Source of the DNA: the human T2T-CHM13v2.0 reference genome, Homo sapiens
Assembly (NCBI RefSeq): GCF_009914755.1
Contig: NC_060926.1
Length of the DNA stretch: 64,000 nt
Direction: 5' to 3' (one strand)
Part shown: in pieces, positions 28,817 through 40,600 of the stretch
How the letters are laid out: every line of letters starts with the position of its first letter
Numbering within the stretch: the stretch's first letter is position 1
The notes under the pieces: model-generated
Database searches by the model: none
Told to the model about the DNA's origin: nothing
What the model saw: the letters and a program-made list of their open reading frames with translations, nothing else
Translations under genes and position numbers: made by a program

Positions 28817-30291
28817 AGATGTCACCTTTTTGTTCAGACATGCTTTCCTGTTTAGCGATGGCTAATGTTGCATTCACATCAAATTCCATGCACAGGGCCC
28901 TGATGCATGATCCAAAAATTGTCTTAGATTTAGAATGCTATTTGGACACAGAAGGTAATAAAAAGTGGAGCAAAGGGGACAAAAGGAGAAAGTGCAGGGG
29001 GAGAGAACAGGGAGTGGCAGGAAGGAGAACTGTATCATACAAAGATTGCAGGATTTTCCACTAGAATGACCAGGTTTGTGTTCACGGGCTAGTAAATTCC
29101 TTGAGACGCAGGTTTCTTCTACTGAGGCTAATAACAAAACCTCTTTTAAGGAGTTGTTGTTTGGATTAAATAAGACAAAATGCATAAGGGTGTTTGTTAA
29201 ATTGGCAAGCCTGGTACACATATTAATTCTCTTCAACCTTAATCTGAGTTCTCAGGGTCATCCAAGGCCAAGTTGATGATTGATTTGGTGCCCAAATTGG
29301 ATGGAATCTCAATGCATCGGTGTTCAGATATTGGTCTACTTGTTACATGCCTGATTTTCCCACACTAAAGGTTATATTGTAAAAGCTGAAGGGAATCTTA
29401 AGTGATAATTTGATTTTGCCTATTTTCTTCATAAGGAAGGTATTATTATCTCCATTCCATCCAAGAGCAACGATGGTCAGGGAAGTTAAATACCATTCAA
29501 GGCCTCTGAAGCTTGTGAAACCAGGGGTGGTCTGGACCCAGGTCTGTCTGCTCCTTTGAGGTCTGTGTGCTAGGTGTGGGAACGCGCACTAGATTTACCA
29601 GAACACCCTTCAAATGGAATCATTTACAGTAACCTAGCACTCTACATAATATGTAAATTTGTAGCACTTCCTGGACTAGCTGCTTCATTTTACCTGTTTT
29701 TACTTTTTTTATTAGCTGCTCAGCAATACTTAACAGGACGGTAGGCAATTTGCAACACTCAGAAAATTCCCATATGTTGGGTTTCCCACCCTACTCTAAG
29801 AACAACAACAAAATTTTCTTGTATCTCATTTCACTTGTGAGCACACAAGAGCTATTTTCCTGTATGAGAAGAAGAGTTACAAAACCAGGGCCTAGAAAGA
29901 AGTGGTGCTAATATTACTATTTCTTCTGTATTTATACCCTGGTCTTTTCCCAGTGGACAATTTATCCAGAGACAAAAACACATCCCCAGCCTAGCCATGG
30001 TAAAGTAAGCAAGTGAGCAAACAAACAAGCAAAAAGGCATAGGTCACTCAAGTGGAAAGTCCTGCAATTTTTGTATGATACAGTTCTCCTTCCTGCCACT
30101 CCCTATTGTCTCCCCTGCACTTTCTCCTTGTGTCCCTTTTCCTCCTCTATGACCTACTGTGTCCAAATAGCATTCTAAATCGAAGACAATGATTGGATCA
30201 TGCATTGGGGCCCTGTGAGTAGAATTGCATGTAAATACAACATCAACCACTGCAAAACAGGGAAGTACATCTGCATAAAAAGGTGACATCT
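28817..30291. repeat. Long inverted repeat: arms 28817-29071 and 30042-30291, 970-bp spacer
   Basis: The arms align by eye at roughly 80-85% identity, and the ORF track shows paralogous peptides on opposite strands (28819..29064 + and 30044..30289 -). Confidence 0.95.
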
Positions 30292-30530
30292 AAAAGGTGA
30301 CCTTTTAATAGGTACTACTAAAAAATACCTTGTAAATAAGCAGCTGCTTCTCCAACACGAGCTGTTAAAAAAATTGAGAATGGAAATCACCATTATGGAA
30401 GGATTTTACGTGGGCCATTCAATCCAAAGGTTCAGTCAACTCTAGAAAGCCTAATGACAAGTAATGTGATATAGTAAAAAATAATCATATAGTTTCAGAA
30501 TAAACTTTTCTCCTGCCCCCTTTCTTCTCA

Positions 30531-30632
30531 ATACACACATACACATACACACACATGCACATACACACACATGCACATACACACACATGCACATACACAC
30601 ACATGCACATACACACACATGCACATACACAT
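30531..30632. repeat. (CACACATGCACATA)n compound microsatellite
   Basis: 14-16-bp purine/pyrimidine-alternating units seen directly. Confidence 0.9.
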
Positions 30633-31711
30633 GACCTCCAGGGCCACTGAGTAATGGGCTACCATGGAATAAATTAATTAGTCTCTCTGGGTCCTGTTTC
30701 CTCAATCCATAAAATGGAGTAATAATTCAAAGGGTTGTATAAGAACTAGAGAGAAAGAAAGTAGCTGGTCTAGCATTCAAAAGGCATAATTAAAATACAA
30801 CTATTATTAAAGTTAGTAACAGAGAATATTCTCAAAGTGATGGGGCAATTTATGACAAGGAGTTAACACAGTCAACACGAGCCAAAGCATAGCAGCAAGT
30901 CACTGACTCCATCACCACCGAAATGCAGCTAGGCAGCATGACTATCTTCAAAGCAAAGGATCATGTGGATCACGTGGACCAGTGGCTGCAGCTATGAAGG
31001 TGTGCACCTCTTCCCTGAACCTCTTCCTTCTTCTCTACCTACACAAATGGATGACAGAACCTCTTCATAAGTTAGCAGAACATTCAAGGAAGGCAGCAAG
31101 GGAGTATGAAATTGAATGCAAAGTAATGTAACACTAACAGTAGAACTAAGGCAATGGTGAAGGACTCAGTTTAAGATATGGCACCTTCTAAAACATTACA
31201 GAGCAGGATGTATCCTGATTGGGTTTCCCATTCATGGATTGGTTAAATCTTGCATGAAGCAGTAAGTGGGAGCACTTATCTTCTTGGCTACCTTTACTGA
31301 CTGACACTAGGCAATCTGTAGATTCCATCATCAGGAGTATCTAGATTGGAGCTCAGGCATTAACACCACAAACCTCTTCATTATTGTCCAAGCACAACCA
31401 TGTCACCTGGATTTTGAACATGTCATTTAAAACCTGACACATCCACATAGCCAAATAAGAGAACTGGGGAATGTAACCTTGAACTGAGGGAGTGCAGCCA
31501 GGTGAAGGGAACATCCTGGAAAAGATTCCAGGGAAACATGGAGGCACCAAATACGCAGGAGGAAATGATCCAAGTCATAAACACAAAAGTAGGAGCCTGG
31601 AGTCCATGGGGTGATGAGCAGCTGGCCGGTAGGTAACCAAAAGTGAGAGACGAAGTTGTTGGGAAGTTCCTGAATTTCAGGCCAATGGGTTTATGTCTAA
31701 GGCTCTAACAG

Positions 31712-32066
31712 CTGCTTGGTCAGAATGCTTGTGTCCCCCCAGATTCACATGTTGAAACATAATCACCAACGTGATTGTATTAGGACATGAGGTCTTTGTG
31801 AGGTGATAGGTCATGAGGGCAGAGACCTCAAGAATAAGGTTAGTGTCCTTATAAAAGAGACCCCAGAGAGCTGTCCTGCCACTTCCACCACGTGAGAACA
31901 GTATGAAGGTGCCATCTATGAACCAGGACTCTGGCCCTTACCAGACACAAAACGGGCCGATGCCTCGACTTGGACTTTCCAGCTTCTAGAACTGTGAGAA
32001 ATACATTTCTGTTGTTTATGTGCCACCAGCGTATATTTTATTATAGCAGCCCAAACAGACCAGGAC
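31712..32066 (+). mobile_element. MaLR solo LTR (MLT1A/MST-like)
   Basis: TGTGTCCCCCCAGATTCACATGTTGAAAC...GGTCATGAGGGCAGAGACCTC...CTTATAAAAGAGACCCCAGAGAGC...AGAACTGTGAGAAATACATTTCTGTTGTTTA. Confidence 0.85.
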
Positions 32067-32573
32067 AACTGCATTTTGCACAACTTCAGGGTTTCATTCA
32101 CAGAGCTGTCAGTGAGAATGGAATGTTCTGGAGTTCAGCAGGCCACAGTCTGCGTGCACATCAGCATGACGTGAAACTCTCTACAACTTAAACTAGAAGT
32201 TTATCAAATAGTTTTGAGCCTACACATGACTTGCTGCCCGAGTTGAAACACGGGAAATGTTGTCACATATGGTAAAGGCCTTAAAGTGATATAGTAGTCT
32301 TATGGTTTCTTCTCCAAAAGCATTTATTATTATTTGATCAACACACACAGCACTTAGTTTAGGGCTTCACATTTAGCAGAGGCCCACTGTGTGTTTGTAA
32401 ATGAATGAACTAATGAGCAATAAAGTGAATGAGTGAGTGAAGGAGCAGCTAAATATATTGCAGAATAAAGAATGTTCTAGAAAACATGCACAACATGTTA
32501 CTGACCCAAGACAACTGGATTTGTCCTACTGCAGAGTAGACTGGTTTAAATATATCCCCTTGTAATTATATAA

Positions 32574-33054
<481 letters not shown>

Positions 33055-36000
33055 TGAGTTTTTATTATAGGCAAGACATTGTGCCAGATGCTTTATACAC
33101 ATCTTCCATAATTGCTATACATTAAGACAAAATTTCTATTGTAATTTCACTTTATAGATTAAAATATTCCAAACTTGACCAAAGTCATATGGCTAAAAAG
33201 TGAATGAATAAAGATCCCCACCCAGATCTTCCTACTACATGCTTTTTTCTTTTCCAATTTGCTAAGAATTACCGAGTTAACAGACATAACAAATATTTAA
33301 GGCACTTGATACAAATTATCTAATTTATCCTGCACTGCAATAGCTCCGTGAATTTAATCAACAAACATAGCACTAAGCCATGAATTTGGCCTTCAAGGAC
33401 AGGCAGGAGAATGGCCACTGTGTAATTTCATCACAAGTCATAAATTCACTATTAATCCTGTACAGCATCACTAGAGGTTTATACTATTTCTGCTCTCTCT
33501 TTCCTTGGAAGCCCAGTAGTATCTACTCCCTGTGATCTGCAGCAGGATCTAAATCCCACAAACGACCGTGTCACTTCCCAATGTCAGCCGTGCTTCGCCA
33601 TCTCCTCTACTAGGAAGACCACTGTTGCTAGTTGTGTCTATCAACCCCTTCCCGATCTAATCCCAATCAGTCCACTTTGCCAGCCACATGCCTGGCCACT
33701 GCTCCCAGCTGCCACTGCTGGAACATGGTGCATTACTAGAAATTTCAGAACATCCCACTCCCTTGCTTTTCCACATTCCTTCCCTCTGCCTGAAATGCCA
33801 ACAACAATCTCTTATTCATTTTATTTTATGACTCATAGGGCTATTTCAAGGTCCATGAAGACAGGAAATATATTTTTCAAATCATTGTATCTTCATATCC
33901 AGTGTCTGGCACATAGTAGGTTTCAATAAATATTTGCTCTGGATTAGTTCAAGGTAATAAAAATCACATTTTCTGGGAAAACTCCCTGACGTTCAGGAAA
34001 AGTCATTCCCTCCTCCATGCTCCCTTGAGGCCTTGATATTCTAATTGCCACATTGTTACACAATGACATTATTTGTTTCCCAGTCTTTCTGCCGGGCTAG
34101 ACCCTGCGCTCTTGGGTGGCAGAGACCAGATCTTACTCATATTGGATCCCTAACACTCAGCACAGAGCCCGGCTTATAGTAAGCCTTCATAGATTTCCTG
34201 GAATTGAAAATATAATTCTAAAGCAACCACATGAGGTGAGCAGGGCGGGTATTATGCTTCTCATCTTACAGATGAAGAAACAGGGATCTAGGGAGAAAAA
34301 ACAAGGTCTTCACCCAATTTCCATTTGAAATCAGAGACCCAGCCAGGGCTAGCACACAGGTGTCCCAACCCCTAATTATTACAAAGCTCTCTTGGCCACT
34401 GCATAGAGGAGGCTAGGCACCTCTCTTTCTGACTCAACAGCAGGGGTTGCTTCGAGACTGTTCCTAACACAGGCCAAGTGTCTTCCTGGGGTAAGACTGG
34501 ATTAGGGGACCCTGCTCGGTCAGTGGTCCTGGTGATCGCCTAGGGAAATAGATCTATTCTGCTGGGATCTGGGACTGAATCCTAGGCAGGTTTGTGGGGA
34601 GTAGGATGGTGAGAGGTGCTGGAAGGCACGGGTCCACTTCTTAACCTTCCTTTTAACTCTGTGCTGCTGGGTGGAAGCTTTATAGTCAATGTCCTCTCCA
34701 TCTCTGGCCACATTCCCAGGACTCCTGATCATTAGAGTGACTGTTGTCCCAAGTGGACATAATTATAAATAGCTCCCTTCTTTTACTGAAAGTGTCCTAC
34801 AGTGGACAATAATTTAGTCCCCTCCTCCAGTGGAAAATATACTACACGCATGCAAAAGCTCAGAGGGCTCCAGGAGTCGTCCCAACTCCCCTTTCTCAGT
34901 TCCTTGGGATTTTTTTTTTTAAGTTTGTCCTCTACTAGATCGCTTCTCATTCACCAGGATATCTTAGATCAAGGCTGGCGTTTGAAGCCTCTGCCTGAGT
35001 TCAAGCCCCTTGCTTCCGGTGTTCCTGTCCAAGCCCGCGGACTGGAATCTCCCAAGGAAGTTACGAATAATTCGGGGGGGGTGGCGAAATGGGGGGTGGA
35101 GTGGGGCGTGAAACTGCAGCCTTCACCTGGCTAACAGAAGAGGACTCAGGACGCCCAGCACCCTGGATAGGACCCAACAGCGCTCCCTGGAGGTGTGGGT
35201 GCAAAGTTTTGTCTAGCTTGGCCTCCAAGGCCCTCCAGGCAATGCACTGGGAAGGGAAGAATTAGTGATTAAATTTGACCTGAATCAAAAGATGCCTTCA
35301 GTTCCTCTTCTGCTGAAAACACTAGAAATACAAGCCCAGGATGTGGGGATCGGGGGCAAGCGGTGACACCAACTAAAAGGAAGCAATGGATTTCCTTTTA
35401 AATGGAGAGGAGGATGTCGGAGAGATACCATGAAACGAATTCTCGAAACTCCAGGCAGCAATACCGATGAAAGCGCATTCTTCCAAAACAGAGCTCCTCA
35501 TTCAGGGCCACATCTGAGCCTGGGGGCCCAATGCTCAGAGCGTGCCTGGCTTTCTGGGGAAAAGCGCCAGGAACATGAACGAGCTACGAAGAGCTGGAGC
35601 GGGCGCTGCGGGAGCAGCGTGTGGGGAACGGCTCGGGAGTCGCTGCTGGTAACCCCGGCCCAGCCGCCCGCAGCTGGGCTCGCAGCCGGCTCGCAGCCGA
35701 CACCCAGGGTGCTGCGCCCGGGGCCCCGGGCCGCGGAAGGATATTTCACTTTGTTTACCTCCCCGGCCGGGCGAGGGAGCTGCGAGGCCGGTGCTGGCGC
35801 CCCCGGCACGGAGCTGCAATGGCAGCGGCGCGGGGAGCCGCCCGAGGACTGGCAGCGGCGGGGCTGATTGATGGGCGCCCGGCGCAATGAGGGGGGCCCG
35901 GGCGGGGGCGGGGCGGGGCCGGCTCTGGGCTGAGCCAGTCGCGGGGGCGGCGGGGGGGGGGCGGAGGCTCCGTGGAAATGTGTCGGTGACATTGAATGGG

Positions 36001-37372
36001 GAGACCGAGCGCGAGCGAGGCGCGCGCGCGCACACGCGCACTCACGGCCCCGCTCGCTCCGAGATCCCCGGCCACGTAAGTAACTATTAATACCGCCTCG
36101 CCGGGGGATGCGGGCGTGCTGAGCGCGGGGATTGGCCTCGGGCACCGTCGGCCGTCCCCTTTAATTTTTAAATACACGGTCCCCTCTTTTCTCTGGGGGG
36201 GGCAAGCAAGAAATCAAAGAAGGAGGAGACAAGCCGTCAATTTTCTCCAAAACAAACCCCACCGGGCAATTTGGTCTCGGGGTAGGGGGAGACGGGGTGA
36301 TTGCAAATTATTCCAGGACAAGATCCAGTTCTCCAGCGGGAAAGGGGCAAAGGAACGCCGCGCGTTGGAAGGGCCAGGGACGCAGCTCCCCTTGCAGCGC
36401 CCGCAGGACCCCCGCAAGCTCGTGCCGGCGAAATCGGAGACCGCCGATCTGTCCTCGTTCTCTCCTGCACGTCTGGCTGCATTCGGAGGAAGACCTGGGG
36501 CGCGAGCGAGCGGCGACAGCATGAGCCTGTGCTGACCTCCGCGCGGCGGGCCGAGCCCAGGGCTTTGTCGCGGTACCTGCGCCCAGCCCGCGCCGCAACT
36601 CTGTGCCCAGCTTTTGCAATCTTTTGTTGGCAGCGCTGACCGCACCAAGTTAAATGCTCCCTTGCAATTTTTCTTTTTTTTGTTTGTTTGTTTAATTTTT
36701 GGAGAGCTCGCGATCTTGGAAAAGCCTCAGACGCCATCTACAGTTAAAACGTAGGTAACTGCCCTCTCCCGCACCCCCCCCTTACACGCCCCCCACCCTT
36801 TCCACCAAAAAAAGGGGGTGCAGCGCGGATTCTGGCTGCCGTGCGTCGCCAGCCGGTAGACCCGTGCTTGTTTCCTTTCTCTTTTTGTTTGGCTTCTAAC
36901 GCGTTGGGACTGAGTCGCCGCCGTGAGCTCCCCGAAGACTGCACAAACTACCGCGGGCTCCTCCGCCCCGTCTGCGATTCGGAAGCCGGCCTGGGGGTCG
37001 CGTCGGGAGCCCTGGCACTGCAGCTCCGCACCTTAGCAGCCCGGGTACTCATCCAGATCCACGCCGGGGACACACACACAGAGTAACTAAAAGTGCGGCG
37101 ATTCTGCACATCGCCGACTGCTTTGGGGTAACAAAAAGACCCGAGTTGCCTGCCGACCGAGGACCCCCGGGAGCCGGGCTCGGAGCAGACGAGGTATCCG
37201 GCGGCGCCCATTTGGGGGCTTCTAACTCTTTCTCCACGCAGCCCCTCTTCTGTCCCCTCCCCTCTCGCTCCCTTTTAAAATCAGTGGCACCGAGGCGCCT
37301 GCAGCCGCACTCGCCAGCGACTCATCTCTCCAGCGGGTTTTTTTTTGTTTGTCGTGTGCGATCCTCACACTC
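36001..37372 (+). other. TRIB2: Long GC-rich 5'UTR of TRIB2 with three uORFs (36108-36122, 36521-36535, 36654-36695)
   Basis: A manual scan finds only three ATGs between 36001 and the start codon, encoding MRAC*, MSLC* and MLPCNFSFFCLFV*. The 5' end is approximate. Confidence 0.7.
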
Positions 37373-37642
37373 ATGAACATACACAGGTCTACCCCCATCA
37401 CAATAGCGAGATATGGGAGATCGCGGAACAAAACCCAGGATTTCGAAGAGTTGTCGTCTATAAGGTCCGCGGAGCCCAGCCAGAGTTTCAGCCCGAACCT
37501 CGGCTCCCCGAGCCCGCCCGAGACTCCGAACTTGTCGCATTGCGTTTCTTGTATCGGGAAATACTTATTGTTGGAACCTCTGGAGGGAGACCACGTTTTT
37601 CGTGCCGTGCATCTGCACAGCGGAGAGGAGCTGGTGTGCAAG
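37373..37642 (+). CDS. TRIB2: TRIB2 coding exon 1 (aa 1-90)
   Basis: [29 protein letters not shown]...[27 protein letters not shown]. The beta3 Lys90 is the last codon. Donor AAG|GTAAAG, phase 0. Confidence 0.98.
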
Positions 37643-40600
37643 GTAAAGGGCCAGTGGGTTGCTTTTTGTCTTTGGAAGGGGCCCGAGGGAGCGGGAGGGC
37701 GCCAGGCCCTCGAGTCTGGGAGAGGGAGATTCGCGGGATAATTACCGTGGCCTTATTAAATGGGTTTATTTATTTATTTGCTCAGGTTCGGTAAGTTGCG
37801 AAGTTTTTAGACCGTTTCAGACAATGGGGCGGGCGGCAGTGGGGGCGTTTCGGGGAGAGCCCGGGGAGGAGAGGGCGGCGGGACTGCGCGGGGGCCACGG
37901 ACACGCGTGCACCGAAGGCTCCAGGAGCTCTCTGCGCGAGGCCGGGTCCCGCTGCCCGGGGGGGATTTCTTCCTGTGTCTAGCCCCCTCCCCTTCCAACA
38001 AGGATTAGGGAATCCCCCGGTAATTTTAAGACTGATGACTTCGTTCTTTTCGCAGCCATTGTTCTTAGCAGCGGGCAGGTGTTAAACCTTTGTTCCGAAG
38101 GTGCCCTTTAAAACAGACACACAAAGGTGCCCCCTTCGGCTGAGCCCAGGGGCCCAGCGCAGGGAAGGAGTTTACAAAGACCTTTCTTCTGCCTGGAGCC
38201 TTGAAAGGAGGGTTGGGGTGGAAATCAAAGCCTGAGCACTTTCTGGTGAATAGTGAATGCTTTGGGTCTTTCTCTCTGGTCTTGGTCTCTCTCCCCATCT
38301 CTAGACTTCCCTGTCTGCTCATCCCCTCTCTTCCGTGCCCCCCTGAACAACACCTTTGCCTGTAAGGTTAAGAGGCTCCCGTTTGGAGCCCTAGGGATCC
38401 GCAGTGGTAATACCACTGCGATGGACACTTCGGTTTCCTTTTTTGTCTTTAACCCTGAACAGTGACTGGTTTATGTATATGTGTGTCTGTGTATCTTTGT
38501 GTGCACCCACCGGGCCCCAGACAAGTGGATGAGGGGCGAAATAGTTGCGAAAAAGAAAATAACTATAATAGAGCATACTACTACCCAGAATTGGACCTAG
38601 ATCAAGGATTCTTTGTCACTTAATTTTAGATTTGCTGACTGTTTTTTTTTTTTTTTGAGGGGGTAAGGGGAGAGTGGGGGACCCATTCTGCCTTTGAAAT
38701 GGTCACTGGGCACGGTTGTGCTGCAAATAACACATCGCGCTTTTGCCATTCACCACAGACTACTTTGCGGACTTGCCTTATTTCCTAGTGGACTGGAGTA
38801 TTTCATTGCAAAATTTGGGTTTAGTGGAGATCTCCAGTCAGTTTTGCGATTGTTCAGTTCAGCCCTTAGGGGGAAATCGGAGACTCTTTAAATGTTGCCC
38901 TTTGCTTGTACTGAGCATTTGGTATTTTGCATCTTCTCTAAGTTATTGAGACCCAGAGCAACTGTGCCCAGTTAACCAAAATTCAGTAGCTGGATTGAAT
39001 TCTCAGAAGTCTGCAAGGTTGCACAATAGGATAGTCATCCTTTGAAATGAATGAATTCCACAGAACTGCCACTCTTGTATGAAATATGCACAATCACCCA
39101 GCAGTGAATATTTTCATTCCTTTTGCTCAACTTCAGTACAGCATTTTAATATTTTTCAAAGGCTGGAGATGCTTTTAAGTATAGGGACTCTGCAGCCAAA
39201 TTCTGCAGGGGCATCTGGCTGTTACTTCTTTGTTTAAAATCAGAGGTGACTCTGGCCTCTGCTCATTCTTTCTCCAGATTTTGCAAGACATATTTCACTT
39301 TGGGCTGACCTTACAGTGTCATTTGCAGACTTGTGCTCTGGCCTCAAATTGGACTTAATCTGCTGGTTTAGTTATTGCAAAGATTGAATCAGCCCCTCAC
39401 CAATTACAGTGTGGCTGCAAGTGGATTTAAGTGCAGTATCATTGTTCTGCTTGACAGAGGTCATCCCTTTAAGACACAGCAGCTTCTGTTTTCCTGACTT
39501 TTTACCATAGATGATGTGGGTGACTTCTTATGCAAGCATAGTTGTGTATCTCCGAAGAAGCTCCAAGAGAGTTTTATAAGGCTGCTTCTCTGAACTGCCC
39601 TGAGAGATATATATGCTGTGGTCTCTTAGCTTACTTTAAGGCTCAGTGAAATCTACACATTGAATCTAGTTCCTTTTGATGTCTTAGAATAGAAGGCTCA
39701 TGTTTCCTAGCTGTGTGTTGACCAATGAAAAAATTCTTTGCAAAAACAGATCAAATGTAAAGATGCTATTTATTATAGGGGACTGCGTAGAGAATTCCAT
39801 AGGACACTATTTGGAGGAATAGAGATTCCAGAGTCATTTAAACAAAATAATCAAGGCTGCTTATTGTCTCCATGTACCTACTTTTGCTAGATGAATGAAG
39901 GCACTTTAAGGAGTCTTTAACTGTATGTTTTCATGGAGATACTGGTAGCTACTGTGCAGATTGACATAATTACTATCTTGGCAGAATGGGTACTTTTTTT
40001 TTGCAAATGTTATTAATGATGGCCTAATCTTACTGCCTTATCTGAACTGTCACATTACATAACCAAGGCTCCAAATTAAACATGTAAAGAAGCTGGCACC
40101 AGGCTTGTGGCTTGATTTTGCACGTGAAGATGATGGTTTAAATACCAGTCCAAGCCCCTAAATGCCCCTGATAGCTACTAATAAAAGTTTGGCTCCTTCT
40201 CGTGTGGGAAAACATAAGTACTTATTTTATTTTTCATACTCTGTCCACCATCTTGGAATTTGGTCTCTTCTACAAAAGGTATGGCTACATTTGAAGCTGC
40301 CACAAATATGTTAGTTTTTTAAAAATTCTGTCTCCAGTTTTTCAGCAGTGGAGCAGGATAATAGGCTAAAAGTGCTGAGCAAAAGTCACCTTTTATGTTT
40401 TTGTAAATGCACCTGGAAACAGGAAGTAGATTATAAATAATCATAACTCTGTGAGCACTGGCGACAGAAGCTGCAACCTGGTATTTCAGAACACAGCATC
40501 TTCATTATATGATGCAGTGTTTACGTTAGCCACTGCAAAGCTTATTACTCCTCGAAATTTTTGAGGCTTCCCTGGGTTTCTGTTGCCTGCATTCAGGGTG

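Larger units (their letters stand above)
35550..38000 (+). promoter_or_regulatory. TRIB2: CpG-island promoter and first exon of TRIB2
   Basis: Abrupt GC/CpG enrichment, tandem GC boxes GGGGCGGGGCGGGGC (~35905-35919), no TATA box seen. TSS placed near ~36001 from recollection of the annotated transcript; it cannot be derived from the sequence. Confidence 0.9.

Noticed and set aside
28819-30289. Pair of similar 81-aa ORFs suggesting a duplicated small gene
   Set aside because: The similarity comes from the DNA inverted repeat. Indels break the shared frame halfway and many changes are non-synonymous, so there is no sign of coding constraint.
35498-36145. 215-aa antisense ORF and other long ORFs across the CpG island
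   Set aside because: Pro/Arg/Ala/Gly-rich, overlapping in several frames and without a recognisable domain. Expected from stop-codon scarcity in GC-rich DNA.
37194-37241. Tiny 5'UTR intron from GAG|GTATCC to the 37241 acceptor
   Set aside because: Only 48 nt, below the usual human minimum intron size, and the donor is weak.
37345-37794. 149-aa alternative-frame ORF overlapping TRIB2 exon 1
   Set aside because: Starts at TTG with no AUG in frame back to the TAA at 37276, and would stop two codons into exon 2 after normal splicing.
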